Below, one piece after another: positions 27,593 through 37,282 of a DNA stretch of 64,000 nt (position 1 is the first letter of the stretch; every line of letters starts with the position of its first letter). The notes under the pieces were generated by a model. The model did no database searches. It saw only the letters and a program-made list of their open reading frames with translations, and was not told the origin of the DNA. The stretch covers positions 3,898 to 67,897 of the forward strand of contig CAYHTZ010000006.1 in the NCBI GenBank assembly GCA_964359735.1. The letters are read 5' to 3'. A program made the translations under genes and the position numbers. This DNA is from an uncultured Candidatus Saccharibacteria bacterium. Lineage in GTDB: Bacteria > Patescibacteriota > Andersenbacteria > UBA10190.

Positions 27593-28219
27593 ATGGCCCT
27601 GAAAATCAATGAGCGGTTTGGAAAATTAGCAGATGAGGAGACGTTGACGCGAACGGTTGCCGCATTCAGGAAAAATGGGATAATGGCAGAGATTGTAAAG
27701 AATGGGCTGGACGCCAAGGCCAGATTGTTTGAGCTTTTGCCGGAGGGGGCGGAAGTGATGAACATGACGTCCATGACGTTGGAAACAATCGGAGTAGTCA
27801 AAGAAGTGTTGGAAAGCGGGCGATATCGGGCGGTGCGCAATGAATTTAAAAAACTCGACCCGGAAAAAGATGCCGTAGTGAAACAGCGGCTAGGCGCGGC
27901 TCCGGAGTGGGCGATCGGCAGCGTGCATGCAGTGACGGAAGCCGGGCAAGTGCTGGTAGCGTCGAACACCGGCAGTCAGTTGGGGGCGTACGCGTACGGT
28001 GCTTTTCACGTCATTTGGGTAGTGGGCGCGCAGAAAGTGGTCAAGGATTTAGACGAAGGCTTTAAACGCATTGAAGAATATACTCTTCCCTTGGAAGATG
28101 CGCGGGCGCAGAAAGCGTATGGTACGGGCAGTAATATTAGTAAAATGTTGACTGTAAATAAGGAAGTGGCCCCGGAAAGAATTCACATGATTTTGGTTCA
28201 AGAGAAATTAGGATTCTAA
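27593..28219 (+). CDS. LUD (lactate utilisation LutC-like) domain protein
   Basis: SMTLETIG, GSVHAVTE.G....ASNTGSQ, VIWVVG.QK. Confidence 0.88.
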   Translation: MALKINERFGKLADEETLTRTVAAFRKNGIMAEIVKNGLDAKARLFELLPEGAEVMNMTSMTLETIGVVKEVLESGRYRAVRNEFKKLDPEKDAVVKQRLGAAPEWAIGSVHAVTEAGQVLVASNTGSQLGAYAYGAFHVIWVVGAQKVVKDLDEGFKRIEEYTLPLEDARAQKAYGTGSNISKMLTVNKEVAPERIHMILVQEKLGF

Positions 28220-28302
28220 ATACCCTCCACAAGAGGTGGAAAAGTTTTCTTGAAGGTGGGGGAAGTAACTGGCATTTTGAAGTTCATAAGGAGGTGATTC
28301 GT

Positions 28303-28995
28303 ATGAAGAAAACATGGATTGTGAGTTTTCTTTCGCTCTTCACGGTGATGGTGGTGACGCTGGCACTCAGCGTGAACTTTGTGGGAGCTGAAAGCGGCAG
28401 TAATGGGGATTTGGGTAATGGTGACGGCAACAGTGGGCCGGATCATGATAATGACGGCAAGAGTGATGCTACCGACCCAGATGATGATAACGACGGAATC
28501 GTAGACAAGAAAGAGAGCAGCAGCGGCAAACTGGACCATGATAACGACGGCATCAAAGATGCCAGTGACCCGGATGACGACAACGATGGCATTGCCGATA
28601 CGGAAGACACGATGCTGCTGGATGCTGACAACGATGGCATTCGCGATGATAAGGACAATGATGACGATGATGACGGTGTCAGCGATGCTAAAGAAAGTAA
28701 GCCAAAGGACCACGATAACGACGGCATCGTGGACCGGTTAGACCCAGATGATGATGAGGATGGTATTCCTGATTACATCGAGCGGGGCAATTACCTGCCT
28801 GACCACGACAACGACGGGATCAAGGACAAGAAAGACCCGGACGATGACGCCGATGGCATCTTGGACACAGCTGATGCCAAACTGTGGGACCAAGATAACG
28901 ACGGCATTGTAGACAAACTGGATACCGATGATGATGGCGACGGCACACCAGACGCCAACGACATCACGAAGATAAGCCGATCAGGGAAGGGGTGA
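28303..28995 (+). CDS. Secreted thrombospondin type-3-like Ca-binding repeat protein
   Basis: AAGGAGGTGA RBS, signal peptide, many D-x-D-x-D-G-x-x-D units. Confidence 0.88.
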   Translation: MKKTWIVSFLSLFTVMVVTLALSVNFVGAESGSNGDLGNGDGNSGPDHDNDGKSDATDPDDDNDGIVDKKESSSGKLDHDNDGIKDASDPDDDNDGIADTEDTMLLDADNDGIRDDKDNDDDDDGVSDAKESKPKDHDNDGIVDRLDPDDDEDGIPDYIERGNYLPDHDNDGIKDKKDPDDDADGILDTADAKLWDQDNDGIVDKLDTDDDGDGTPDANDITKISRSGKG

Positions 28996-29026
28996 CGAAA
29001 CGCCAGAGTTTGTATACTCTGGCGTC

Positions 29027-29803
29027 ATGGCAGATAATTGGCGCAAAAAGTATCTTTTTGACCCGAAAGGGGAGCGGCCGTTTCGCTTGAGCCGGTCTAA
29101 AGTGGATTTATTTCGGGAATGCCCGCGCTGCTTTTATTTTGACCGCAGGCTGGGGGTATCCCGGCCCAGCATGCCGGCGTTTTCGCTGAACAATGCGGTG
29201 GATATTTTAATGAAGAAAGAATTCGATATTCACCGCGCTAAGCAAGCAGCTCACCCTTTGATGGAGACATATGGTATTCATGCAGTGCCATTTGACCATG
29301 AAGATATGAATAGGTGGCGGGATGCCTTGCGCGGCGGGGTTACCTATGATGTACCGGGGACGAATTTTACCATCACGGGAGGGTTGGATGATATCTGGGT
29401 GGATGAAGAAGGAAAGTTAATCGTGGTGGATTACAAGGCGACGGCTACTGATAAAGAAATTTCTTTGGATGATAAGTGGAAGCAAAACTATAAGCGGCAA
29501 GTGGAGTTGTACCAGTGGCTCTTGAGGAAAAATGATTTTACCGTTTCCGACACGGCGTACTTCGTGTTCTGCAACGGCACCACCGACCGGGAAGCATTCG
29601 ATGGGAAACTTGAGTTCGACGTGCAGATCTTGCCGTACGAGGGTAGTGATGATTGGGTAGAAGGTACTGTTAAGAAAGCACACGCGTGCTTGATGAATAA
29701 TAAAGCTCCGGAATCCGGCGCCGAATGCGAATACTGTATGTATCGCGAAGCCTGGCAGACAGCGGAATCTCGTGTAGTGGGACAGGCTCTTGACAGCGGA
29801 TGA
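29027..29803 (+). CDS. PD-(D/E)XK nuclease (Cas4/AddB-like, non-CRISPR)
   Basis: LSRSK..F.ECPRCFY, GGLDD, VVDYK, QVE.Y, C-terminal CEYC. Confidence 0.9.
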   Translation: MADNWRKKYLFDPKGERPFRLSRSKVDLFRECPRCFYFDRRLGVSRPSMPAFSLNNAVDILMKKEFDIHRAKQAAHPLMETYGIHAVPFDHEDMNRWRDALRGGVTYDVPGTNFTITGGLDDIWVDEEGKLIVVDYKATATDKEISLDDKWKQNYKRQVELYQWLLRKNDFTVSDTAYFVFCNGTTDREAFDGKLEFDVQILPYEGSDDWVEGTVKKAHACLMNNKAPESGAECEYCMYREAWQTAESRVVGQALDSG

Positions 29804-29826
29804 GTCCTTGTATAAGATCTTATGTC

Positions 29827-30864
29827 ATGCAAAGGATCATTTCCAGCATTTTCGCTGTTCTGGTAATGGCGTTGGCGGCGCCGACCGCCAGCGCTAATGG
29901 GGCAGACGGCGCTCTACGCATTCCTGCCGGCCAAGATCATTTTCGCGTCAGCGATGCCGGATTTGACCTTCAGCTGCCGCCCGATTTCTTCGGGCCCGGT
30001 TCAGAACCGTTTGACGGTACAATCATCTGCGGGGGACAAGAAGACTTTGGCACGGACACCATCATCGAGCGCAAGTCGGACATAATTCTGCCTCCGCCGC
30101 CTTCTTCTGATACTATTCCGATTGAGATCATAGAATTGCAGCTCGTAAGCTGCCAGCCGATTGTCGTCAATCACAATGACGGAAGCCAAGAGCAGTGGAA
30201 CGTTCAGATTGATCTTTCACCGATCATACCCCCGCCGGGGCAGATGACAATTGAGCGGATAGATAAAAATGGCGGAACCTTTGACGCCCAACTGCCTGTC
30301 CAGCCGCGCTTTATATTTATACAGGTTGGAGGTGAGGAAATCACGGAGCCGGGTACGATTGTGGGCGACAATCCGCTTGAGCATGGTTCGGATTCCATTG
30401 TTGAACAACAGCCCATCATCTGGGAGTCCGAGTTCAACTCTTTTGTTTTTAACGCTCAATCTGTCCCGTGGTCTTTGTGTTTGACGCCATCAGTTTTTTG
30501 TCCCGGTCCAATTGCTTTGGCCAGCGCTGACGGTTGGATGAATCTTGTTTTGCCTGTTTTTCCGGGCGATCCGGACGAGAAAGCGTGTGAGTTTCCCCTG
30601 CCCAACGGCGGGCTGGTGGTGCTCCCAACCCCCCACAACCCGAATCCAAGCTCTGATAAAGCGCAAAGCCCTGACCAATTGCGGCGCGCCGCCGACCGTC
30701 TGGAAGCCAAGGGATTTACAGCGGAGGCTGACCGTTTGCGCCTCATAGCGGAAGCGATAGAGACAATTCAGCAAACATGCAAAGGGTTGAACGATATACC
30801 GCCATTTGACGAAAATCATGCACCACCCGATCTGCCTCCTCTGGGACGAGGTCGCTCAAGATAA
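29827..30864 (+). CDS. Hypothetical secreted beta-rich protein
   Basis: Signal peptide ending ASA; DTIIER...IPIEI..L.L.S..PI. Confidence 0.75.
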   Translation: MQRIISSIFAVLVMALAAPTASANGADGALRIPAGQDHFRVSDAGFDLQLPPDFFGPGSEPFDGTIICGGQEDFGTDTIIERKSDIILPPPPSSDTIPIEIIELQLVSCQPIVVNHNDGSQEQWNVQIDLSPIIPPPGQMTIERIDKNGGTFDAQLPVQPRFIFIQVGGEEITEPGTIVGDNPLEHGSDSIVEQQPIIWESEFNSFVFNAQSVPWSLCLTPSVFCPGPIALASADGWMNLVLPVFPGDPDEKACEFPLPNGGLVVLPTPHNPNPSSDKAQSPDQLRRAADRLEAKGFTAEADRLRLIAEAIETIQQTCKGLNDIPPFDENHAPPDLPPLGRGRSR

Positions 30865-30867
30865 TGC

Positions 30868-30890
30868 AATTCCACCTACGAGGTGGAATT
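30868..30890. repeat. Hairpin family C (ATTCC-N11-GGAAT)
   Basis: AATTCCACCTACGAGGTGGAATT. Confidence 0.65.
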
Positions 30891-30894
30891 CTCG

Positions 30895-30968
30895 GCACCG
30901 GAATCTGGGGCGGAGAGTGTGAATACTGCGCTTATCGCGAGGCCTGGCAGGAGGCGGAAGCTCGATGA
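30895..30968 (+). pseudogene. Diverged duplicate of the 3' end of the 29027..29803 nuclease gene
   Basis: APESGAE(+2 nt)CEYCAYREAWQEAEAR* versus APESGAECEYCMYREAWQTAESR at 29705..29773. Confidence 0.85.
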
Positions 30969-31083
30969 TTAGCGAGCGTACAGCTGTTGCCACTGGATGG
31001 CGCCGAGAAGCGCGGGTGGGGATTCCTTTTCTTCGCGCTCCACGCGGTTGACCCAATATGTCTGCTCGCCTGGGGGTAGGGGC

Positions 31084-32151
31084 CTATGGCTGCGGGGATT
31101 GATATTGATAGCTCTCAGGTGCAGGGGGTTGCGAGTCGTAAGGCTGATAGTTTTGGTACTGTGTGGAGTCGCTGGGGTATTGATATTGGGACGAATCAGG
31201 TGGCGGTGAGGATTGGTATTGCTGGTAGTGCTCGCTCTCTTCTTGGAAACGTCGGTAGTCGTCTGATTGCTGAAAACCAGGGCAGCGGTCGGGATTGTCT
31301 TGACAGTAGCGCTTACATTCCTCCTCGCTGTTGCAGGTGTATGATTCCTCCTGGTGAATATTAAGGTGGTAGGCGCCGGAGTTATCACTGTATTGCTGAC
31401 ACTGCGCAGGATTGGCTTCGCAGTAGGCGCGGCAGGTGGTGAAGGAATTGCAGGGAAGTTTGTCGCCTAGTTTTTGCGCAAACTCCTCGCGGCGCTGCTT
31501 GAATTCTTCTGGCGCATGCTTTTCGGCGAACTGCATACAGCGATCAATGTTTTGGGGGCTGTTACAGAAATTTTGGCAGCTCTCAAAGGAATCGCAGCCG
31601 AGTGCCTCGCGGGCGCGCTCAAGCATTTCGTCCTTGCGCTGGTGGTATTCAGCCGGAGCATGCACTTCCGCAAATTCCATACACCGTGATTGGTTCGCGG
31701 GATTTTCACAGAAGGCTTGGCACTCCTGCATGGAGCTGCAGCCGAGTTCCGCTTTGGCGCGTTCAAGCATGTTGGACTGCTGCCCAGCTTCGCCGAGGCC
31801 GCGCTGCTGTGCAAATGCCAGACAGGCCTGATGGTTAGCAGGTAGCTCACAGTAGGCGCGACATTCGTCAACCGAGCCGCAGTTGCCCAGCTCGGCGATG
31901 GGGAATGTGATGCCGTGCTTTTGGGCCAGTTCTTGATCGCTTTGGGAAGCTCTTACTTGTCCATGCAAAATGTATTTCTCGTACGACCAGCAGGCAGCTT
32001 TGTTCGCGGGAATTTCGCAGAAGAGGCGGCATTCTTTGGCATCGCGGCAGCTTCCCAGTTCAACGATAGGAAATGTAGTTGCTGCCTTCGCTGCGGCGCC
32101 CAAGGCGAGCAAGCTACAGGTTAGAAAAAGGATTTTGGTACGGTTGATCAT
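31084..32151 (-). CDS. Secreted protein with tandem Cys-rich repeats
   Basis: Signal peptide; repeats of 'LG.C.S..EC..FC..P.N...C..FA'; Gln/Tyr/Pro tail. Confidence 0.85.
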   Translation of the reverse strand: MINRTKILFLTCSLLALGAAAKAATTFPIVELGSCRDAKECRLFCEIPANKAACWSYEKYILHGQVRASQSDQELAQKHGITFPIAELGNCGSVDECRAYCELPANHQACLAFAQQRGLGEAGQQSNMLERAKAELGCSSMQECQAFCENPANQSRCMEFAEVHAPAEYHQRKDEMLERAREALGCDSFESCQNFCNSPQNIDRCMQFAEKHAPEEFKQRREEFAQKLGDKLPCNSFTTCRAYCEANPAQCQQYSDNSGAYHLNIHQEESYTCNSEEECKRYCQDNPDRCPGFQQSDDYRRFQEESEHYQQYQSSPPPDSSQYQYPSDSTQYQNYQPYDSQPPAPESYQYQSPQP

Positions 32152-32356
32152 TGGTGCTTGCGTCCTGAAACGGGTTTTGATAGGTGGCGCTTTCCGAGAA
32201 GGGGTTAGCCACGTCAGGGTTGTCGAAGGGGTTTTCCGTAAGCGGAGTGGGTGAAGGGGAGAGGGAGCTTCCCCATGGTGCGTACGCCACCCATGCCCAG
32301 ATGCCAATGGCAGCCGCAGCGATCAGGATCGCAACCACAACCCAGGCCACTTTCAT
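32114..32356 (-). CDS. Small membrane-anchored protein with NPF repeats
   Basis: TM helix then ENPF, ANPF, QNPF, QNPF. Confidence 0.75.
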   Translation of the reverse strand: MKVAWVVVAILIAAAAIGIWAWVAYAPWGSSLSPSPTPLTENPFDNPDVANPFSESATYQNPFQDASTNDQPYQNPFSNL

Positions 32357-32499
32357 GGGTAGAATTATATCACTTCTGCTTGACTAGGTTTACTTCTCGC
32401 TGTGCAAAAATTGCTCTTCTCCTTAAAAGGCGCATTTTGGGTATAGGGTACCGCCGGGCGATGATTTTTGAAGGTTTTCCGCTGGCGTATACTGGAGGG

Positions 32500-33201
32500 A
32501 TGTACTTCCGTCAGTTTGTTCATGAAGAAAAGAGCTGTCTTTCATACTTGATTGGCTGCCAAGCCTGCCGTGCGGCGATGGTGGTTGACCCGCAGATGGA
32601 AATAGAGCCGTACCTAAGAGAAGCCAGGCGCGAGGGGATGCAGATCACGCACGTGATTGATACGCACACACACGCGGATCACCTTTCGGGTGCCTCGGCA
32701 TTAGCGCGGGAGGTAGGAGTGCCGGTAGCTCAACTCAAGGATGGGGAAGTGTTCCAAGTGGGTAACCGGGTGGTGAAGGTAATAGCCACGCCGGGGCACA
32801 CTGATGACTCATTATGTTTGTATATTGATGATTGGTATGTCTTGACGGGCGATACATTATTTGTGAGCGATGTGGGGCGGGTGGATTTGGCTCTCGAAGA
32901 TACGGGCGAGGAAGAGATGCGCCGCGCTGCAGAGCGATTGTATGATTCAATTCAAAGGCTGCTTTTGTTACCCGATTGGACGGAAGTCTACCCGGGGCAT
33001 TTCGGCGGGTCGGCCTGTGGCAAGGGAATATCAGGCAAGATGATTTCGACAATTGGGCGTGAGAAACGCAGGAACAAGGCGCTTGCGCTTTCGCGTGAAG
33101 AGTTCGTCAGTTACGTTTTGACTGATACACCTTCGCCGCCCGAAGATTTTCGTGAGATTAAGCAGCGGAATATAGCCGCAGCGCAGTTGCCTGTGGTATA
33201 A
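32500..33201 (+). CDS. MBL-fold hydrolase (persulfide dioxygenase/glyoxalase II-like)
   Basis: THTHADH, TPGHT, LTGDTLF...GRVD, YPGH..GS.CG. Confidence 0.93.
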   Translation: MYFRQFVHEEKSCLSYLIGCQACRAAMVVDPQMEIEPYLREARREGMQITHVIDTHTHADHLSGASALAREVGVPVAQLKDGEVFQVGNRVVKVIATPGHTDDSLCLYIDDWYVLTGDTLFVSDVGRVDLALEDTGEEEMRRAAERLYDSIQRLLLLPDWTEVYPGHFGGSACGKGISGKMISTIGREKRRNKALALSREEFVSYVLTDTPSPPEDFREIKQRNIAAAQLPVV

Positions 33202-33210
33202 AGATTACGA

Positions 33211-33762
33211 ATGCATCTTACGGTTGCAGAAAAGGGTTTTTGGGTTATTTCGGTTATTGCCATCCTGGGCGCAGGGTTGGCAGGCCTGCGCGTGAGATTG
33301 GAAAAAGAAAATGACCCGTGTTATGGGGGGCAGTATGGCACGACCTATGAGGAGTGCGTGGGGTGTATCGGGAATGAGAATTATTGTTCCTCCGTGTTTG
33401 GGGCACCGGGGGAGGAGATAGAGGAAGAAAAGCCGACCGCGACCCCGATTCCCGATGTCTACTGCAACAACTACGCTAACGACTACCAGACGTGTTTGGA
33501 TTGTATTAATCAAGCATACTGCGACCAGATCTTTCGGGGTCGCGCGCCAGCGGCTACTCCTTTGCCCAAGACCGCAACACCTACCCCGACATCGAAACCC
33601 AAAGCAACCCAGAAACCGCAGTCATCATCGCCAGCCGTGACAGCTACCCCCACCCCGACCCCGCCCCCCCCCCCCACCCGCCACGGCAACCAGTACACGC
33701 AAAACTACCAAACGTGCCTGGCGTGTATCAACCAGGCTTTTTGCGATCAACTTTTTGACTAG
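33211..33762 (+). CDS. Membrane-anchored protein with three Cys-rich microdomains and Pro/Thr stalk
   Basis: YEECVGCI..NYC, YQTCLDCINQAYC, YQTCLACINQAFC; C12 tract at 33664..33675. Confidence 0.75.
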   Translation: MHLTVAEKGFWVISVIAILGAGLAGLRVRLEKENDPCYGGQYGTTYEECVGCIGNENYCSSVFGAPGEEIEEEKPTATPIPDVYCNNYANDYQTCLDCINQAYCDQIFRGRAPAATPLPKTATPTPTSKPKATQKPQSSSPAVTATPTPTPPPPPTRHGNQYTQNYQTCLACINQAFCDQLFD

Positions 33763-33765
33763 CCT

Positions 33766-35490
33766 ATGGACACACCTGAACCTGGGGAAACATCTTGGCT
33801 TCACACACTTTTCACTCAACATCGATCTAAAATTCTGATTGGTGCCGGCGGTATTCTGGTGCTTGCTCTTATTATTGTCTTGGCAACTCGTTTTTGGCCG
33901 GGCGAATTGTCAGATGAAGATATAGCTCGGGTTGAAGAGACATGCAGGGGGCCAAAGCAGCAGGCGCTGAGTGAATTAGAACAACAGGTGGCGTTGACCG
34001 CGACCGATGGAGAAGCGTTTGTGCGAGGTTTAGAGCAGCTGCCCTGGCTGGTGGCGATTCTCTCGCAGCGATCGACGGCCTATGAAGACGCTCAAGCCAC
34101 ACCGCCCAGCACACTGGCGGCGAACGCCAAAGCAGATGCCTTGAAGCGGCTGGATCTTTCGCTCGAACTTGTGCGGTGCTACGAAGGGCAGCTGAACCGG
34201 TTTCCGAAAGCTCGTGAAGCGGTAGCATCTGCCGTAGTTGATCTGCAAGCCGAGCGAGAGAACGTTGCGGCTGCCGATTTTGCGCAATTCTTCGCCACGG
34301 GGGAGCCGGCGGAAAGCGTCATTGAACTTGCACCGCGAGAGCAGCGGCGCCTTCGGCTGCGGACATTGTGCATTGATCGCTTTGCCCCACCCCCCGAAGC
34401 CGGCACGCGCTACATTTTGGGTGGCACGGTGGATGAGACCAAGCGGCGTTCGTTGTGTGATTTGTTACGGTCGGCGCAAGGCGGCGGCAGCCTGGCGTCT
34501 GCCCAAAATGCTATTTGGAAACTGGAGCAGGAGCATATGGATCTGTCGACTCCTCCCGTGGAAGCGGCCGCTGGCGCCACCGGCATGGTTTCCGCCCAGC
34601 GGGAGGGAAGCTTGCATGTGAGCGCGAAGGCGACCGGGGCTCTGACGGCTCTGGATGTTACGTTGACGAATGCTACGGATGCGCCGCTGTCTATTGACAC
34701 GTCCTGCGCGTACTTTGTACCGCTCTCAATTCCTGACCTTACCCAACCCCTTCCCACCGCCCCGCCCGATTGGTCTGACCCGGCCACGTTAGAAAAGTTT
34801 ACGGAGGACAGTAATCGACAATTGTTACAAACCTTAGATGAGCAGGAGAAAACTTTTGAGAAGCTTGGCATGCCGTTTCCGCCCCAGTTAAAGACGCAGC
34901 AAGAAGAGTTGCGGAAAAAACTTGGGGAGGCTGGCACAGGGGAAGTGAAGGGTATTTACAGCCGTGTGTACCTGCCTGGCAACCCCGATGCGGATCCGGA
35001 CAGTCTCGATCCCTTCCAAGTGGTGCAAACCGGCCTAGGCCGCCAGCCCTTGGGAGTGGTGGGCGCACTGCGGGGCGGCCCGCCTCCCGGGCGGCGGGAA
35101 ATTGATCGTATCAAGGATGCCTTGGAACGCATGGCAGAAGCGCCGGAGCGCGCCCGCGAGAATCTTGATAGAGCGCTGGATGACTATGCGCGCGACCCCT
35201 CCCGCCAACATACGGAAGATGTGCTTGACGCTCTCGAGCGTTGCTTTGTGAATGCGTGTGTGCCAAGTTCTGAAATGATACGTCTTTGGGAGCAAATTCG
35301 CACCCGGTCTGACCAAATGGTTGACCAGGCTATCAATCGAGTCATCGCATCCGTGACTGAACAAACGTTGCTTGACGCGGTAGACGCCATCCGCTTTTGC
35401 CAAGCGGTTGGCTGCAATGTTGAGAATGACGTCCGGCAGCTCGACACGCACTTGCGCAACCTGCTCCGCAATCAAGTCCGAGATAGATAG
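33766..35490 (+). CDS. Hypothetical membrane-anchored protein
   Basis: 574-aa ORF, single N-terminal TM, 3 nt after upstream gene. Confidence 0.75.
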   Translation: MDTPEPGETSWLHTLFTQHRSKILIGAGGILVLALIIVLATRFWPGELSDEDIARVEETCRGPKQQALSELEQQVALTATDGEAFVRGLEQLPWLVAILSQRSTAYEDAQATPPSTLAANAKADALKRLDLSLELVRCYEGQLNRFPKAREAVASAVVDLQAERENVAAADFAQFFATGEPAESVIELAPREQRRLRLRTLCIDRFAPPPEAGTRYILGGTVDETKRRSLCDLLRSAQGGGSLASAQNAIWKLEQEHMDLSTPPVEAAAGATGMVSAQREGSLHVSAKATGALTALDVTLTNATDAPLSIDTSCAYFVPLSIPDLTQPLPTAPPDWSDPATLEKFTEDSNRQLLQTLDEQEKTFEKLGMPFPPQLKTQQEELRKKLGEAGTGEVKGIYSRVYLPGNPDADPDSLDPFQVVQTGLGRQPLGVVGALRGGPPPGRREIDRIKDALERMAEAPERARENLDRALDDYARDPSRQHTEDVLDALERCFVNACVPSSEMIRLWEQIRTRSDQMVDQAINRVIASVTEQTLLDAVDAIRFCQAVGCNVENDVRQLDTHLRNLLRNQVRDR

Positions 35491-35530
35491 TAACCCATAC
35501 GGCTGCAGATTCCACACCCCGTGTGGAATC
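35490..35530. repeat. 41-bp direct repeat, left copy, with family C hairpin
   Basis: GTAACCCATACGGCTGCAGATTCCACACCCCGTGTGGAATC. Confidence 0.85.
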
Positions 35531-35569
35531 GGTCTCATTTTTGTACCGAGCCTGTAGTACAATGCAGTT

Positions 35570-36706
35570 GTGCTCAATCGGAGTGGCTTTTCTATTCTCG
35601 TAGGTGTCGTTATTGCGGCGTTTCTGGTCTTCGTGAGCGTTATGGGAGTCTACGTACTGCGCATGGGCCCGAATGTCGAGTCGCCGAAGCTGTACGCGAA
35701 GGAAATTCAGCGCGATACCCCCATCGTTCTTACCGGTGACGAGCGCATGGAGATTGTCGATACAAGGTTCACTCAGAAAAACGACATTACGCTGTCTGGC
35801 AATGCAACACTCGTCATCCAAGATTCGTATTTCGAGCATCTCCAAGAGTACTCTTCTCAGTTCACCCTTTGGGCTCGAGAGAATGCTCGGGTGGTCGTCA
35901 AGGATAGCGAAGTAAGGGTTAGTCCGTGGCTTAACTGGAACTTTACGGACTCCGCTTCGCTGGCCTTGGAAAACGTCGAATCGATAGATTCCAATGTTTG
36001 GCATAGTTTCCAAAGCAATGCGCGGGCCGTCGTCCGCTCATCTGCGTTCCACGGCACCATAGCCGATAACGTTAGCTTGGCAGTATCCGACTCGCCAAGC
36101 ACATTTATCGAAATGGTGTACCCGATCGGCGCCACCGTAGACGAGGAGCTGCCGAAGCGCATCACGAATTTTACCTTTCCGAACTCCGGCGAAAACAACG
36201 TGAGTTTCAGATTATCAATCCAAAACTCTCAAGCCCTAGCCTGGGGCATCACGACAGGGCCAGGCAACAAGATAACGATTAGAAACGCCAAGCCACTCGT
36301 CGTCACGTACGCGATCAAGTACCCTTGGCGGGATGTGACAGCTGAGTTTTTGGACCTTGGGGATAAACACTACGACGACCAAACGTGGATAGTCGAGGAT
36401 TCCTGGCTTCGGCTGGTGAATGTCCAAACGTGGCCTTGGAGCCCCATCGTAGGCGACGGCAACACCCTCATTGTTAAGAATTCCACTCTGGCCGACAACC
36501 AGTTCAGCTGGGGCAACTCAAAGATAATTATAGAAGAAAGTACCACTTCCTTAATCAGGGCCAAAGATTCTGTCGATATAACGCTGAGAAATTCAACGGT
36601 GAAAGGTGATTTGGTAGCGCAAGATTCGGGCAGAATTACGTTGGTGAATACTCGGGTGACGGGCAAGAAAATCATCGAGGACAACGGGGAAATCATCGTG
36701 CAGTAG
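35570..36706 (+). CDS. Membrane-anchored putative beta-helix protein
   Basis: TM anchor; recurring 'L.I.DS/NS' short beta repeats. Confidence 0.75.
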   Translation: MLNRSGFSILVGVVIAAFLVFVSVMGVYVLRMGPNVESPKLYAKEIQRDTPIVLTGDERMEIVDTRFTQKNDITLSGNATLVIQDSYFEHLQEYSSQFTLWARENARVVVKDSEVRVSPWLNWNFTDSASLALENVESIDSNVWHSFQSNARAVVRSSAFHGTIADNVSLAVSDSPSTFIEMVYPIGATVDEELPKRITNFTFPNSGENNVSFRLSIQNSQALAWGITTGPGNKITIRNAKPLVVTYAIKYPWRDVTAEFLDLGDKHYDDQTWIVEDSWLRLVNVQTWPWSPIVGDGNTLIVKNSTLADNQFSWGNSKIIIEESTTSLIRAKDSVDITLRNSTVKGDLVAQDSGRITLVNTRVTGKKIIEDNGEIIVQ

Positions 36707-36721
36707 GCGCACTACTCCATG

Positions 36722-36762
36722 GCAACCCATAGGGCTGCAGATTCCACACGGGGTGTGGAATC
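36722..36762. repeat. 41-bp direct repeat, right copy
   Basis: GCAACCCATAGGGCTGCAGATTCCACACGGGGTGTGGAATC; 36/41 identical to left copy. Confidence 0.85.
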
Positions 36763-36772
36763 TTTGTCTGTA

Positions 36773-37261
36773 CTACTCTTCGTACGGGAGTCGTCGTAGG
36801 ACGAACTTGCCTGTCTTGTGGTTTTCGGTGACGGTAATCTCCAGTGTATTGTTGGTGATCGCCCATGTTCCTTCAGCGGCTGGCTTGCTGGGCTGGTCAA
36901 TCAGGATAGTGTTACCTTTGACAGAGTAGGTGGTGTAGAAGCGGCAGGGTTGCGGCTGGCGGTGGATGTCAAGTATGCCCTCGGTGCAGACGTGATCCTT
37001 TTCAAAGAGAAAGTAACTTTCTGTGGCACCTGGGGCGGATTGTACGATAGTTTTTGGGTTACCACTATCATCTTCTGCCAAGATTTGTTCGACTTTCCAC
37101 AGGCCTTGCAGCTGGTTTTCTTTTCCGAGCAGCGACGATAGTTCGACATCGGGAAGTTTCCCCGGCAGTGGAATGGGTTTTTGGGTAACTCCAACGAGGT
37201 AGCCCACCGCAATACCGCCGAGAACAATGAGGATAACAAGAATAGTCAGCGCGACCCGCAT
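36773..37261 (-). CDS. Membrane-anchored lipocalin-like protein
   Basis: TM then LQGLWKV, YSVKGNTI, W.I.NNTL. Confidence 0.65.
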   Translation of the reverse strand: MRVALTILVILIVLGGIAVGYLVGVTQKPIPLPGKLPDVELSSLLGKENQLQGLWKVEQILAEDDSGNPKTIVQSAPGATESYFLFEKDHVCTEGILDIHRQPQPCRFYTTYSVKGNTILIDQPSKPAAEGTWAITNNTLEITVTENHKTGKFVLRRLPYEE

Positions 37262-37282
37262 GGGTGTAGTATACTGCATGTG

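Noticed and set aside
28216-28741. Hydrophobic and Ser-rich ORFs overlapping the DxDxDG gene
   Set aside because: Antisense and alternate-frame products of GAT/GAC-rich repeats.
29027-29803. Cas4-like nuclease as evidence of CRISPR-Cas
   Set aside because: No cas1/cas2 or effector genes and no regularly spaced repeat-spacer array in the window.
31084-32151. Cys repeats as multiheme cytochrome
   Set aside because: No CxxCH motifs; the spacing suggests disulfide-bonded repeats.
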